A stretch of 64,000 bases of DNA from Balanoglossus misakiensis (taxonomy: Eukaryota; Animalia; Hemichordata). Made by a program: the position numbers and the translations under genes. Of the stretch, positions 11,501 through 20,879 are shown piece after piece. The stretch is from assembly GCA_040954595.2 (NCBI GenBank), contig CM082581.2, positions 310,001 to 374,000 on the forward strand, given 5' to 3'. The notes beneath the pieces were generated by a model. It had not been told where the DNA came from, ran no database searches, and worked only from the letters and a program-made list of their open reading frames with translations. The first letter of the stretch is position 1, and each line of letters starts with the position of its first letter.

Positions 11501-12597
11501 TAACTAAGAGAGAAATCGTCCGCAACACCGCAAAGATGTATGACCCGCTTGGACTTCTCGCGCCTATACTAGTGAAGGCAAAATGTCTCATTCAAGAAGT
11601 TTGGAAACAAAATGTACAATGGGACGAACCACTACCGCAAATTCTGAGTGACACTTGGACGAACATACGCAGAGACTTAATTACCGCAACAGATGAGTTC
11701 TCGATCAACAGGAAATACTTCGAATGCCAGGCTAATTGTCGAGAACCTTATGAATTACATGTGTTTGCAGATGCCAGTGTCAAGGCGTACGGTGCCGTCG
11801 CTTATCTTCGCCATGGCGACAACACTGCTCTTGTCATGTCCAAGACTAGAGTTGCCCCAACAAAGCCCATCACGCTTCCACGCCTGGAATTGCTGGCCGC
11901 GTTGATTGCAGCCCACCTGTTGAAATTCATCCGAAATAGCCTCATGCAGCAGGGAAACATCAAAATCACACAGTGCGTCTTATGGTCCGACAGCCAAATA
12001 GTATTACACTGGATTAACAGCCGTCGAACTTTACCAACTTTCGTTGGGAACCGCGTACGAGAAATCAAATCAACACCAGTGGATGTGTTTAATTATTGCC
12101 CTACTGACAGCAATCCGGCGGACATTATCACACGTGGAATCGCCGCTTGTAAACTACGTGAGAATGCACTATGGTGGACCGGCCCATATTGGCTGAAAAA
12201 CGGTGAATGGCCCGCGTCAACTGTCAACTTCAATGCAGCCGCTATTGATGAACGCGACCAAGCTCAGATCACCGGGTCATTTGAGGCCATCGCTACTCCG
12301 CGTCGCCATGGTGACACGTGTGAAGACATAGCGACTGTTATACACGCGACTCGCTACAGCTCATACGCCAAACTGTTACGTATTACCGCTCACGTGAGAA
12401 GATTCGTTTCAAACTGCAGAAAAGCCCGCGATAAAAGAAATGTCGGACCTATCTCAGGTACAGAAATACGCGACGCTGAGAGAATGTGGATTTTGAGCGT
12501 TCAGCGAAGGCATTACAGTAGTGAAATCGATTTACTACAGTTTAGAGAAAGGCAAATTGGGAACTTTGGCCAAGCAGCTTCGCCTATTCATGGATGA
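8593..12597 (+). CDS. BEL/Pao polyprotein: gag, protease, RT, RNase H
   Basis: DUF1759-like gag (LPKLSLAKFSGNVLEWQSFF), Cys/His knuckles, protease LIDEGA, RT (ADIEKAFLQ, YVDN), Pao RNase H (FADAS, PRLELLAA, WSDSQI, NPADI). Confidence 0.95.
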   Translation: MDNLERMKRSRTAHRGQMTKILNQLDQAFDAAKSEVDETILDVIHAKLEVASAKLQHLQDLDNSILDKTDDEELEEATTNTDEYHNDVKQRLVIFQRHLSRLSMKVGRGEETKFNPTAASFMPNVTQTTYKNVQLPKLSLAKFSGNVLEWQSFFDGFLAAVHSDKSLNDVQKLHYLRGQLSGEAARAIERLQLTEANYSNAIEILRERYGRDHIIKAAYMKALWELPTPNEDLASIREFYDSIESYIRGLRSLGKDESSYGDLLVPIIMEKLPGRMREFIARDHGSSREWTLQKLREAIQREIDAMEAGQSLSALSMSPLSHHETQPRATAAFYTRGETKSTPRKCPYCKEESHNPLNCNKVTTADQRLEIVKRERLCFNCLGNHRVSQCKSKNRCRNCKRKHHTSLCSPTQSAEKRDRQAETAEAPTTVHAKSVSTVETNSPTDMSLATATDRGAVLLKTAVAQVSSPSTIATATILIDEGATKSFITQDMAEQLRLESDRSQVIDLAAFGDTKTSARSLNQVTFSLHTTSGSKLDITALVVPKISAPLRNLISPSILELPHLRGLNFAHPHSDSDTFEISILLGADYYWQLIEDEIIRGKGPTAVKSKLGYLLSGPTHTRDLKTNTVLHIATELRQEESDLKAFWDLETIGVKGDPQINDKMTGYETYCKDNIDFQDGHYVARLPWKPDHPPLPTNYKITNNRTRAMVRRLDMESRLAYDNIIQEQTRRGFIELVTDDDTTEGHYLPHHPVKKDSGTTPIRIVYDCSCQAGNGASLNDCLSTGAPLLNDLTSILIRFRMHRFALSADIEKAFLQIGLHNEDRDYTKFLWPSDYRDPESKFDVYRFKKVLFGAVSSPFILNAVVQTHLDSNISNVCRDIKENIYVDNVLSGVDTEDDACDYYSEAKSVMDKGGFNLRSWASNCSELRDLAKQHQDLDNDTTVNAFGLLWNTESDAISYKRKELDNGNLVTKREIVRNTAKMYDPLGLLAPILVKAKCLIQEVWKQNVQWDEPLPQILSDTWTNIRRDLITATDEFSINRKYFECQANCREPYELHVFADASVKAYGAVAYLRHGDNTALVMSKTRVAPTKPITLPRLELLAALIAAHLLKFIRNSLMQQGNIKITQCVLWSDSQIVLHWINSRRTLPTFVGNRVREIKSTPVDVFNYCPTDSNPADIITRGIAACKLRENALWWTGPYWLKNGEWPASTVNFNAAAIDERDQAQITGSFEAIATPRRHGDTCEDIATVIHATRYSSYAKLLRITAHVRRFVSNCRKARDKRNVGPISGTEIRDAERMWILSVQRRHYSSEIDLLQFRERQIGNFGQAASPIHG

Positions 12598-13984
12598 TCA
12601 AGAACTGATCCGCGTCGGAGGTAGACTTCATAACGCACCTCTGGACTATGATACAAAGTTTCCCGCACTGCTACCAGCGAAGGAACATTTCACACAGCTA
12701 CTTATAGCAGATGCACACAAGAAAGTCGCGCATGGAGGGCTAACCTCGACGGTTACGTATATCCGCAAACGGTTCTGGATCACCAAAATAAGGCAGGTAG
12801 TGAAGACCTATCTACGAAACTGTGTCACGTGTAGGAGAATCCATAGCAAACCCTTCAAAGCTCCAGTAACCGCACCACTTCAGACACTCAGACTGTTAGA
12901 AGCCCCGCCGTTTACAGTGACTGGCGTGGACTTCACTGGGGCGTTCTACGTGAAGGAAGAAAGGGGTGGATGCAAGGCCTACGTCTGTCTGTTCACGTGC
13001 GCAGTTACGCGTGCCGTTCATCTGGAGCTAGTACATGACTTGTCGACGCAAAGTTTCCTCCGCGCCTTCCGTCGGTTTTCAGCGAGACGATCGACACCAC
13101 GCTACATGATTTCCGACAACGCGACAACATACGAATGTGCAGCAGATGAACTACAACGACTTTTTGAGTCTCCTGTTGTCAAGACGTATTTGGCTGACAG
13201 CAGAATTGACTGGAAATTCATACCAAAGCGTGCCCCATGGTTTGGGGGATTTTACGAGCGATTAATAGGCATCACGAAAACCGCACTGAAGAAAGTACTT
13301 GGGCGGTCCTTTGTTACGTTCGACGAACTACAAACTGTTTTGACAGAAGTTGAAGCAATCATCAATGATCGTCCTCTCACTTATACGTCCACAAATCACG
13401 GAGACCCGCAGCCGCTGACGCCGTCTCACTTGTTACATGGCAGACAACTTACAGGGTTGCCCTATGACACGCCTGACATCGACGAAATGAAGGATCCGAC
13501 ATATGGGATCACCAAGTCAGCGCTACAAACTCGTGCGGATTACCTGGCCAAGTTGCTTGATCATTTCTGGCAGAGATGGTCGAGGGAATATTTGACATCA
13601 CTTCGTGAAAGAGACATGGTGAAAAGGGAAGGACGAACAGAGAACGTCATCAATGTCGGCGATGTCGTTTTAGTTGAGGACAGCCGTACACCACGTATGA
13701 AATGGAACTTAGCAGTAGTGGAAGGATTGAATTACGGCAATGACAATCTTGTGCGATCTGCCGAAATAAAAACTCGGTATGGCCGTACTAATCGCCCTAT
13801 TAAGAAACTGTATCCGATTATGGAACTTGCCGTCAAAACTGACACTGACAGAGTTGACTCTGAAATTGACAATGACAAGGCTGGTACAAATGGACAAGTA
13901 AACCAAGCCCAGCCCGACAGAATTAGTCGTGCCGCAGCAGTGAAGGCACGTGATCGTATCAAAAAATGGTCGTATGCTCTGTGA
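12521..13984 (+). CDS. BEL/Pao integrase plus DUF5641-like tail (+1 frame relative to upstream ORF)
   Basis: H-x4-H..C-x2-C zinc finger, GVDFTG, SDNA, GGFYER, LTPSHLL, FWQRWSREYL. Confidence 0.93.
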   Translation: MKSIYYSLEKGKLGTLAKQLRLFMDDQELIRVGGRLHNAPLDYDTKFPALLPAKEHFTQLLIADAHKKVAHGGLTSTVTYIRKRFWITKIRQVVKTYLRNCVTCRRIHSKPFKAPVTAPLQTLRLLEAPPFTVTGVDFTGAFYVKEERGGCKAYVCLFTCAVTRAVHLELVHDLSTQSFLRAFRRFSARRSTPRYMISDNATTYECAADELQRLFESPVVKTYLADSRIDWKFIPKRAPWFGGFYERLIGITKTALKKVLGRSFVTFDELQTVLTEVEAIINDRPLTYTSTNHGDPQPLTPSHLLHGRQLTGLPYDTPDIDEMKDPTYGITKSALQTRADYLAKLLDHFWQRWSREYLTSLRERDMVKREGRTENVINVGDVVLVEDSRTPRMKWNLAVVEGLNYGNDNLVRSAEIKTRYGRTNRPIKKLYPIMELAVKTDTDRVDSEIDNDKAGTNGQVNQAQPDRISRAAAVKARDRIKKWSYAL

Positions 13985-14284
13985 AACTGATTTGAACTGA
14001 GAAGTAATGTTTCACAGTAATGAACATCGTTCAGTTTGTATTAGTTAATGTAAACTGCAGTTCCTTTTCGGGAGCAAGTTACTAGTATATTGTTTGAAAG
14101 CTGTTTGTTTAATATTGATTCTGTGACCGTTAACGTAAACATGTTAGATTTTCATCTGTCGTTAAACTTCGATAGTTAGATTCAATTCGAGTACCAAGGT
14201 CGACATCTGTTTAGAATTAGGCTTTATAGCAACCAACTGATTGATCTGAGTTTCTGTCGCCAACCATTTCGGCGGGCGGAGTGA

Positions 14285-14492
14285 TGTTGAGAACAGTATG
14301 AATTAGTAATTAGTGTTCCATATATGTACGTTTACCCGCCCACTCTCTGGTATGTAACCACGCCCACTTGAAGGGTACGTGTAGAGCATGGTACCGGTAA
14401 TAAAGTAGAAGTTGCTTAGTGTTGTTACTTGACACACGTCTCCGTTCCATTCTCTAAGTACAATCGAACCCCGCGTGCATTTCAAGCACACA
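14285..14492 (+). repeat. BEL/Pao 3' LTR (208 bp)
   Basis: Identical to 8346-8553. Confidence 0.96.
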
Positions 14493-14631
14493 CACCAGAA
14501 GCTGCTACGAACAGTTCAAATTCCTGAAGCCAACGCTCCCACCTTTGCTGAAGAGCCTCTGGTTCGCCTTCACAGTCGAATCCCGCCACTCCTGGCAGTC
14601 CGGACAGCGTTACGGGTGTAGACATTTTCAT
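14493..14631 (-). CDS. Gypsy gag N-terminus, separated by the BEL insertion
   Basis: Reads MKMSTPVTLSGLPGVAGFDCEGEPEALQQRWERWLQEFELFVAASG. Removing the BEL element and one TSD joins it in frame to VSNNAQKRALLLHMAGAG. Confidence 0.92.
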
Positions 14632-14714
14632 GCACTCAAATCACAGCTAAAAAGTCACCAAATCTCGTAAAGGTTGCTTGCGTATGTTCTTCGATAGTTA
14701 ATTTAGACAACTAA

Positions 14715-14727
14715 ATCCTCGTCGCCA
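14715..14727 (-). other. Gypsy primer-binding site, tRNA-Ser(GCU)
   Basis: Minus strand TGGCGACGAGGAT, 4 nt after the 5' LTR, complementary to the ..AUCCUCGUCGCCA end of tRNA-Ser(GCU). Confidence 0.85.
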
Positions 14728-14731
14728 TTTA

Positions 14732-14885
14732 TGTGATGTCCGGGGAGGGGTTATTGACAGTCGACAACGACGGAGTTCCACAGAAGTGATGTTTATTGAA
14801 TGACAACCACGCGGGAACTAACTGTTACAGGAAATCACGTATACAGACCATGTGACAATCACGTGATCATGACAATACTATCACA
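14732..14885 (-). repeat. Gypsy 5' LTR (154 bp)
   Basis: Identical to 3733-3886. Confidence 0.96.
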
Positions 14886-14908
14886 ATCATGACTGTAAAT
14901 AATTCTGT

Positions 14909-15790
14909 ATTATATTATATCATGCTACTGTCCACAATTCTGATTGGACGAGAGCTCAATCCAGCGATGCTAAAATTAAGCAATAAAACATCCCTAGCCA
15001 TGGTATACCACGAGATTTTGACCAGTTCACAACATATACGCACGAGCGATAGCGAGTGCGTATATGGAGTTGAACTGGTCAAAATCTCGTGGTATACCAT
15101 GGCTGGGGGTGTTTTAATGCTATTAGATTATGCCAGTATATTGAAACTTTGCATAAAACCTTTTAAAAAGGCATTTTCTTTGACTATGATATATGACTGT
15201 GGTATATGGCTAATATATCACGGTCACGTGTCGTGTCTCGACCAATCAAATAGCGTGATTTACACCATCAATATACTGGTATAATATAATACTCAATAAT
15301 GCACTGCTAAAACGGGCCGCTGAACCAGCATATGGCAGCAAAAATGTGCGGTTAAACCACAGTCGCGCGTGTTTAAATCAAATAAATAAAACAAAAATAC
15401 TGTTGAATGAACAGATGTTTCATTTTGGAACTGCTCTGTGAAAATATTTGTCACTTTATCACGCGCAATGCCAGTCTTGTCACTTTTTGTCGTCTGCTTC
15501 ATGTTTAATGCTCGATCCCGGCTGCTCGTGTTTACATTCATTGTCGCCATGTTGGTTCACGATCGTAATTTCTCTTTCTGACGCCGTTTCGGTAAGAAAA
15601 TGACACTGATATGCCACAAAAACAATTGTTGATATAATATAATAGCAATAACCCCCGCCTCAGTCGGGTATACACTTGATTTGGGTACAATTCCCTCCAT
15701 ATAGCACTCGCCTGACGGCTCGTGCTATATATCTCGAATTGTACCCAAATATCGCGTATACCCGCCTTCGGTGGGGGTTATTGCTTAAAT
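14909..15790. mobile_element. Non-coding element with long terminal hairpin (15642-15785) and asymmetric subterminal IR
   Basis: tatattatatca (~14911) is inverted at ~15630 (tgatataatata), followed by a ~145-bp palindrome with apex cactcgcctgacggctcgtg. It hosts the 14972-15285 element. Confidence 0.6.
14972..15285. mobile_element. Hairpin-ended non-coding element (family A), copy 1
   Basis: ~145-bp palindrome at 14979-15121 with apex gcacgagcgatagcgagtgc, plus internal IR ccagtatattga / tcaatatactgg. An inverted copy lies at ~16266-16575. Confidence 0.7.
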
Positions 15791-16084
15791 ATCAATCACA
15801 TGATCTGGCCATGTGACCCAAAGCATTGTCATTTCCAGGTAATGGGAAAACAACATTGTGGTATCCCGTATAATATTTTTCCATATGTGTTTATCAAAGA
15901 AAATCTTTATCTACTGGTCATCCAATGTCCTCAGTTAAGACATCAAGCTGCCATCTTCTGATGTCATGTTAGGTAACAAATTATACAAATGCAGTTCTAT
16001 TAAAATACTGAAAAGTGATAAAATGTCACTTGCCAGGCAAAAGGGATAGATGGGTATTATAACTCAGTTCATAACATAACATAC

Positions 16085-16225
16085 CAATGACTGGTTTTGT
16101 ACATGTACTTGTGGCTGTGTCAGAGTTCGAACAACATTGGTGCCAGTGGTGACAGGTGGATTCTTGCTGCAGCTCACATTAGGTACTGTCGGTTGTGTTG
16201 ACTGCACTCCTGTTTGCATCGATGA
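16085..16225 (-). CDS. Probable MED25-like low-complexity exon
   Basis: atgcag|141 bp|gtatgt, phase 0-0, S/T/Q/P-rich (SSMQTGVQSTQPTVPN..QNQSL), located between recognised MED25 exons. Confidence 0.6.
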
Positions 16226-16265
16226 CTGCATAAGTAAACACAGTAGTATTAAATCGTTATTATGG

Positions 16266-16575
16266 TATACCAGTATATTGATGGTGTAAATCACACTATT
16301 TTATTGGTCGAGACACGACACGTGACTGTGATATATTAGTCATATACCACAGTCATTTATCATAGTCAAAGAAAATGCCTTTTTAAAATGTTTTATGCAA
16401 AGTTTCAATATACTGGCATGATATAATAGCAATAAAACACCCCCAGCCATGGTATACCACTTGATTTTGACCAGTTCAACTCCATATACGCACTCGCTAT
16501 CACTCATGCGTATATGTCGTGAACTGGTCAAAATCTCGTGGTATACCATGGCTGGGGGTGTTTTATTGCTTAAAT
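16266..16575. mobile_element. Hairpin-ended non-coding element (family A), inverted copy
   Basis: Reverse-complement match to 14972-15285, with palindrome at 16427-16571. Confidence 0.7.
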
Positions 16576-17194
16576 AACTCCAACATTAACTTTGGATATC
16601 AGCCGTGATGTCTTATTCTACTCTGTAAAACATTAAGAATTACCGTAATCACGCCAAAAATTCAACCAGAAACAAATGGCTGGAAATTCACAGTAGGCAA
16701 TTACGCACTGGTCCAACACTTTGAGGTTATAAAATAATTAATTATCGAAAGAATAGTGGAAGGTCGAACTAATGACACGGTCGAACAGATGGCACGATCA
16801 AGGTTCTCAGAGTTTGGTTTTCAAACAATGGTGTTCTACATATTGTTCAACATTGTTATTGTTGAAAAATAAATTCTAGTCTGAGTTCATTTAATATTCA
16901 CAATGCCCATTACTAATGTACAAGTTCTATTGAAAAGCTAAAGACTGAACATTTCATAAAGCTATCCAGAGCTGAACAAGAAACTAGGGTTAATTCCTTC
17001 AGTGAAAAAAATACTGAAAAAAAACAAATGTTAATTTGCCTTTAGCAGTTAGCAGAAAATGTCACCAAAATTTTACCATGACATTGGCGGATTATACCAT
17101 TGATAGGAGAATATGAAAAGGGGAACTTGAATATTTTTTTCCTCTGGTTTTGGCAAAGTATAATCAAACCAATCGAAATGACTGCAGTGGCAAC

Positions 17195-17353
17195 AAATCT
17201 GTGTTTGTTTCCACCACTATATAGTGGCCACTTTGTTTCAGTTCATGTACATGTACATTGCACATTAATTGACCCGTCTATAGAAGCCACCTGTCTATAA
17301 ATGCCAGTTTAGGAAAGTCCCTTGACTGGCCAGTATAGACAGGTTTGACTGTA
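17195..17353. mobile_element. Tc1/mariner-type MITE remnant
   Basis: Right end aggtttgactg-TA. The left end cagtcaaatctg is retained only in copy 2 (~41678). Short internal repeats of the tatagtggccac type. Confidence 0.5.
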
Positions 17354-17442
17354 CCTACCTCTTTGTGGCTGTGAATCAGTACCTGACCATCTCTAGGGCT
17401 TGGAGTTGATAGGATTCACATCAGCAATTGGTGGCGTCTTAC

Positions 17443-17539
17443 TGAACTGACTACCATTTGCCATTTGCATGACACCTTCTACGGCTTTCAGTGCAGCAGC
17501 TGGTGCCTGCTGGGAAGTCATCTTTGGTGGTGAAATTGC
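17443..17539 (-). CDS. MED25: MED25-like exon, SD1-like motif
   Basis: ggacag|AISPPKMTSQQAPAAALKAVEGVMQMANGSQF|gtaaga. AAALKAVE resembles MED25 AAQNAVE. An alternative donor at 17358 would include a TAG. Confidence 0.6.
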
Positions 17540-17970
17540 CTGTCCAAAAAGAGTAACAAACCTAGTTAATATGGAGCATTATCAAGGCCAGTATTCAAAC
17601 CACCATTTTTAATTCATGACTTCCAATTTTTAATTCGATGTTGAACTTGCAACTCTTGAAGTCCCATTTTCAACACACACACCGACATTTGGACAGGATT
17701 GGGTTTAGGCTTTTCACATTAATCTCATTAAAATTGGAATTGATCTCTGAGTCTGTGGCATTATCCAAATAAGTCTTTGCATTGACAGAGTGGGCTTCTA
17801 GCAACCAAAACAGAAGTTTTGAATGTGTTTTGAAAAAAATAGTCTACTTTAAAGACAATGGTAAGACAAGGCTATGTGAAACAGTCAAAAAATGCTTTCA
17901 ATTCACAGGATGGGTAACTAGAAACAGCTAATTTAAATCTCATAAAGTAGAAGATAGACCACAAGTGTAC

Positions 17971-18230
17971 CTGGGTGGATGAAAATTGTCTCATGGGGAT
18001 ACTTGAAACAGTCACATTGGATTGTTGTGTCCTGCTTGCTGTGACAGTGGATACTGGTTGGTTTGGAAAAGCGGTAGGCTGGGCAGAAGGCATTGATGTC
18101 CTTTGACCTTGGCCCTTCATCTGGGGCTGACTTGGTTGAGTCAGTTTCTGTTGAGAGGACGACAGTTTTTGTGGAGACTGACTTCCAATTTGACTTGGTT
18201 GTCCAGGTGACATGTGACAGATGCTACTCA
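17971..18230 (-). CDS. Probable MED25-like Q/S/P-rich exon (acceptor uncertain)
   Basis: Open Q/S/P/T-rich frame (SPGQPSQIGSQSPQKL..FSSTQ) ending at a gtac donor, conserved in copy 2. Confidence 0.5.
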
Positions 18231-18712
18231 AGGCATATACAAATACAAGATGGCGTAACTGAAACATAGTAATCTTTCTCATGGTTTTCATAAACAGTAA
18301 GCTACCATGGGTATACCACACTTAACTACCAAGTCTGGATTTGTTGCAATCTGTCATGGATATCCCATAGGGTACTTTGACAGAGTAAATCAGACTGCAT
18401 GAGTATTGGGTGATAAGTAATTATAACTTGGGTAATTAAAATAACCAGTGCCTGGGAAAGTCATTAAAACCTGCAACTTGATTTGACTTGGTCAGCCTAT
18501 AAGTGCTTCCCACTTGTTACAACTTAGGATATATCTGATTAAAGCCCATGAGGCTAAGTGATGTTTTTTTCAGAAGGTGACCCTGCCTGAAATAAACATA
18601 CCTTGGCAGAGCGGCTTTACATAATTCTACTATATATCACACTTCACTTGGAGGTGTAATTATGTGCGGACTTAATTTGACAATGGCTGGGAAGCAACAC
18701 TGGAGACTTTAC

Positions 18713-18898
18713 CTGGAGATGATCTTCCAACAGTTGATTTGAGAGGATTTGAGGTCATACCAGAGGTAGGCCCTGTAACCATGGTAACTGTTGATGCAGG
18801 TTTCAGTGGATGTGTTGTGGTAGTGGTTGTACTGGTTGCTATGGTTGTAGGTTTCACTATGGCATCCTCTTTCGTATCACCACTAGACACAGATTTTC
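18713..18898 (-). CDS. Probable MED25-like T/S-rich exon
   Basis: tttcag|186 bp|gtaaag, phase 1-1, reads GKSVSSGDTKEDAIVKPTT..GRSSP. Confidence 0.5.
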
Positions 18899-19790
18899 CT
18901 GAAACACAATCATTACAAAAATGGAGGATTATAGAGTTGATGTAAAATTCTGCTGTGGATTCACACAATGTCACAAAACTTGTCTTGAACCTGTACCAGT
19001 GTTTCATCCAGGATTTAACCATGGAAACTGATTGCCCACCTACCAACAATTTTCAGGGGATGTGTAATTCATTGGCCAGGCATTGAAATGATGGGGAATA
19101 ATAGGCTTGGCTTGTGCATGTACTGCAACAGAATACACTGCATCACTCGCGAAAATAACTTCTGTAAGCCTCAGATCGTGTGCAGAGGTCATGAAGTTCT
19201 GGCATATAAAGTATTAGCCAACCAAGAGCGAATAATAATATGTGATGTGTAATAAATATTAATAAAAATATTACAACCATTTTACGGAAGTACCGATTTA
19301 GGGTAATGAAAATTTTAACAACCACAAAAAAGGTGTTCTACATCACCACAATATGATGAATTGGTTGTCAATGGCCATGTAAACAAGTTGTATATTTGTC
19401 CTTTGAACTTTAGAATCTGGATTGTATGATTTCAAATATTTGCTTAGCAACAGATACCCAAGCAGTCACGCAGTTACACCCATTGGAAAATGGTATCACC
19501 CACACCAAGGTGGGTGGAAGTTGGTCCTGGTGCTTTTTTTTCCCATGATTCAAATTACAGTAAACGCCATATTAGAAATTCTGCCAACTTTCCCTCGATT
19601 TTGTAAAAAAATATGATGACTTATACATGACAAATATTTTTTTTTCTGAAAGAGTGACCTCAAAGCTACCAAATTATGTAGAAATTACCTGGACCGGATT
19701 TTCCCTTTAAGGATAGATTGTTCAAGACAAAAGTAATGGCTTGAATAGAATATTACATGCACATTTCTATTAAGGACACCTCTGTATTAA

Positions 19791-20313
19791 AGGGACAAAG
19801 TCTCTCTCTCGCTGCCCTTTTTTCCATTAATAATGTTTGATACAAGACACTGTTTATGTTAATGTACATGTGTATATGTAGTGAATGAACGTTCAACCAT
19901 ACACAACTTCCATCCCGCGTGTATGATATGGGAGTAAAAACTCACCCAAAACGAATAAATGGTAGAGACTGATTATTCATTTTGGCGAGTTTTTTCACTC
20001 ATGTCCACAAGCAGTATATATGTTACTTTTTATCTACTTTCTGGGGGCATTGCAGGGTTGTTCTTCATTAAGTTTTTGGGATTTTTTTTTCTTTTGTGTC
20101 TTTCTTTTATGGAGTTGTTTCTGGGTTTGTTTTGTATGTTTTTTTTACAGTATGGGCATACGGCCTGAATTAAAGAATAAATAAATATACTTTGTGTGTG
20201 GTTGAATATTGATTCACTATATATCCACATGTAGAATAACATAAATAGTGTCTTGTATCAAATATAATTAATTGAATAAGGGGCAGCGAGCGGGAGAGAG
20301 AGCCTGTATCCCT
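19791..20313. mobile_element. Kolobok-like MITE (TTAA TSD, AGGGA..TCCCT) inside an older MITE
   Basis: Long TIR agggacaaagtctctctctcgctgccc.. with TTAA on both sides. The same family occurs at 34542-34836. In copy 2 its right TIR is split by the HINE stack. Confidence 0.8.
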
Positions 20314-20512
20314 TTAAGGACATGTTGTGTGATCCCAGAGGTGCCCTTACTAGGCAGGTTTCAATGTACTTCACATGTGAGTTGTACTTTACTGTCGGTA
20401 TGGAATCATTTCCTGGTTGACATGGTGAGCTTTACATACAGATAAACCACCTCAAAAAGTGGGGGCTATAACTAGAGAATGATCTTTAACCTCAGAATTT
20501 TACCATAATTAC

Positions 20513-20611
20513 CTTGAATATCGTAAACTCTTCATATCGTCAAATAACTGCACTGCAGTACTCAGACCTTCTGAAACCATACTGTATTTCTCACCTGCTC
20601 CTGACAAAAAT
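20513..20611 (-). CDS. MED25: MED25-like exon, vWA domain
   Basis: tttcag|99 bp|gtaatt. Reads [32 protein letters not shown] versus MED25 [31 protein letters not shown] (recalled). Confidence 0.88.
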
Positions 20612-20879
20612 CTGAAATACAACACAGTACAATTATTTAACAACAGGTGTATGTAAACAATGTCTACTCCGATTGTAGACAGATTTGGTTAAACATTTTA
20701 TGAAACATTTAAAGGTAGGAACCTCTAATAAAAGCCAGTGAGTCAAAGGACAAAACTGAGACTTTGAAACAGTAACCCATTGCCAAGTGTGACGGGGTGA
20801 TGCGATCAGGCTAATAAAGGAGTTTTAATTTACCTTAGTATACTAAATTTAGAATAAACAAAAAAATCTACGATTAAAA

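Larger units (their letters stand above)
8346..14492 (+). mobile_element. BEL/Pao LTR retrotransposon nested in the Gypsy gag
   Basis: Identical 208-bp TG..CA LTRs. TSD CACCA (8341-8345, 14493-14497). PBS after the 5' LTR and GGCGGGCGGAGTGA PPT before the 3' LTR. Confidence 0.97.
3733..14885 (-). mobile_element. Gypsy/Ty3 LTR retrotransposon (Mag-like), interrupted by a BEL/Pao element
   Basis: Identical 154-bp TG..CA LTRs. TSD ATCAT (3728-3732, 14886-14890). Empty site caaATCATgactg in copy 2 (~39231-39243). PBS, PPT and gag-pol are present. Confidence 0.97.
2916..20611 (-). pseudogene. MED25: MED25-like (Mediator subunit 25) partial or decayed gene, copy 1
   Basis: Exons occur in MED25 order on the minus strand: vWA exon 20513-20611; low-complexity exons ~18713-18898 and ~17971-18230; SD1-like exon 17443-17539; 16085-16225; ACID-start exon 3538-3709; ACID exon 2916-3023. 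Several expected exons are not recognisable and there is an apparent frameshift. Confidence 0.8.
104..20810. repeat. Segmental duplication, copy 1 (direct repeat of 36482-61842)
   Basis: Colinear near-identity starts at gcaatggaatgaaatagtgctg (104 / 36482) and ends at gtgatgcgatcagg (~20810 / ~61842). The copies differ mainly by copy-specific TE insertions and small indels. Confidence 0.93.

Noticed and set aside
4164-13962. Short ORFs antisense to or overlapping the retrotransposon polyproteins
   Set aside because: Shadow ORFs with no independent motifs.
20380-20466. Possible decayed MED25 vWA exon (FICM*SSPCQP versus LICNSPPY)
   Set aside because: The position fits but the similarity is too weak without an alignment.
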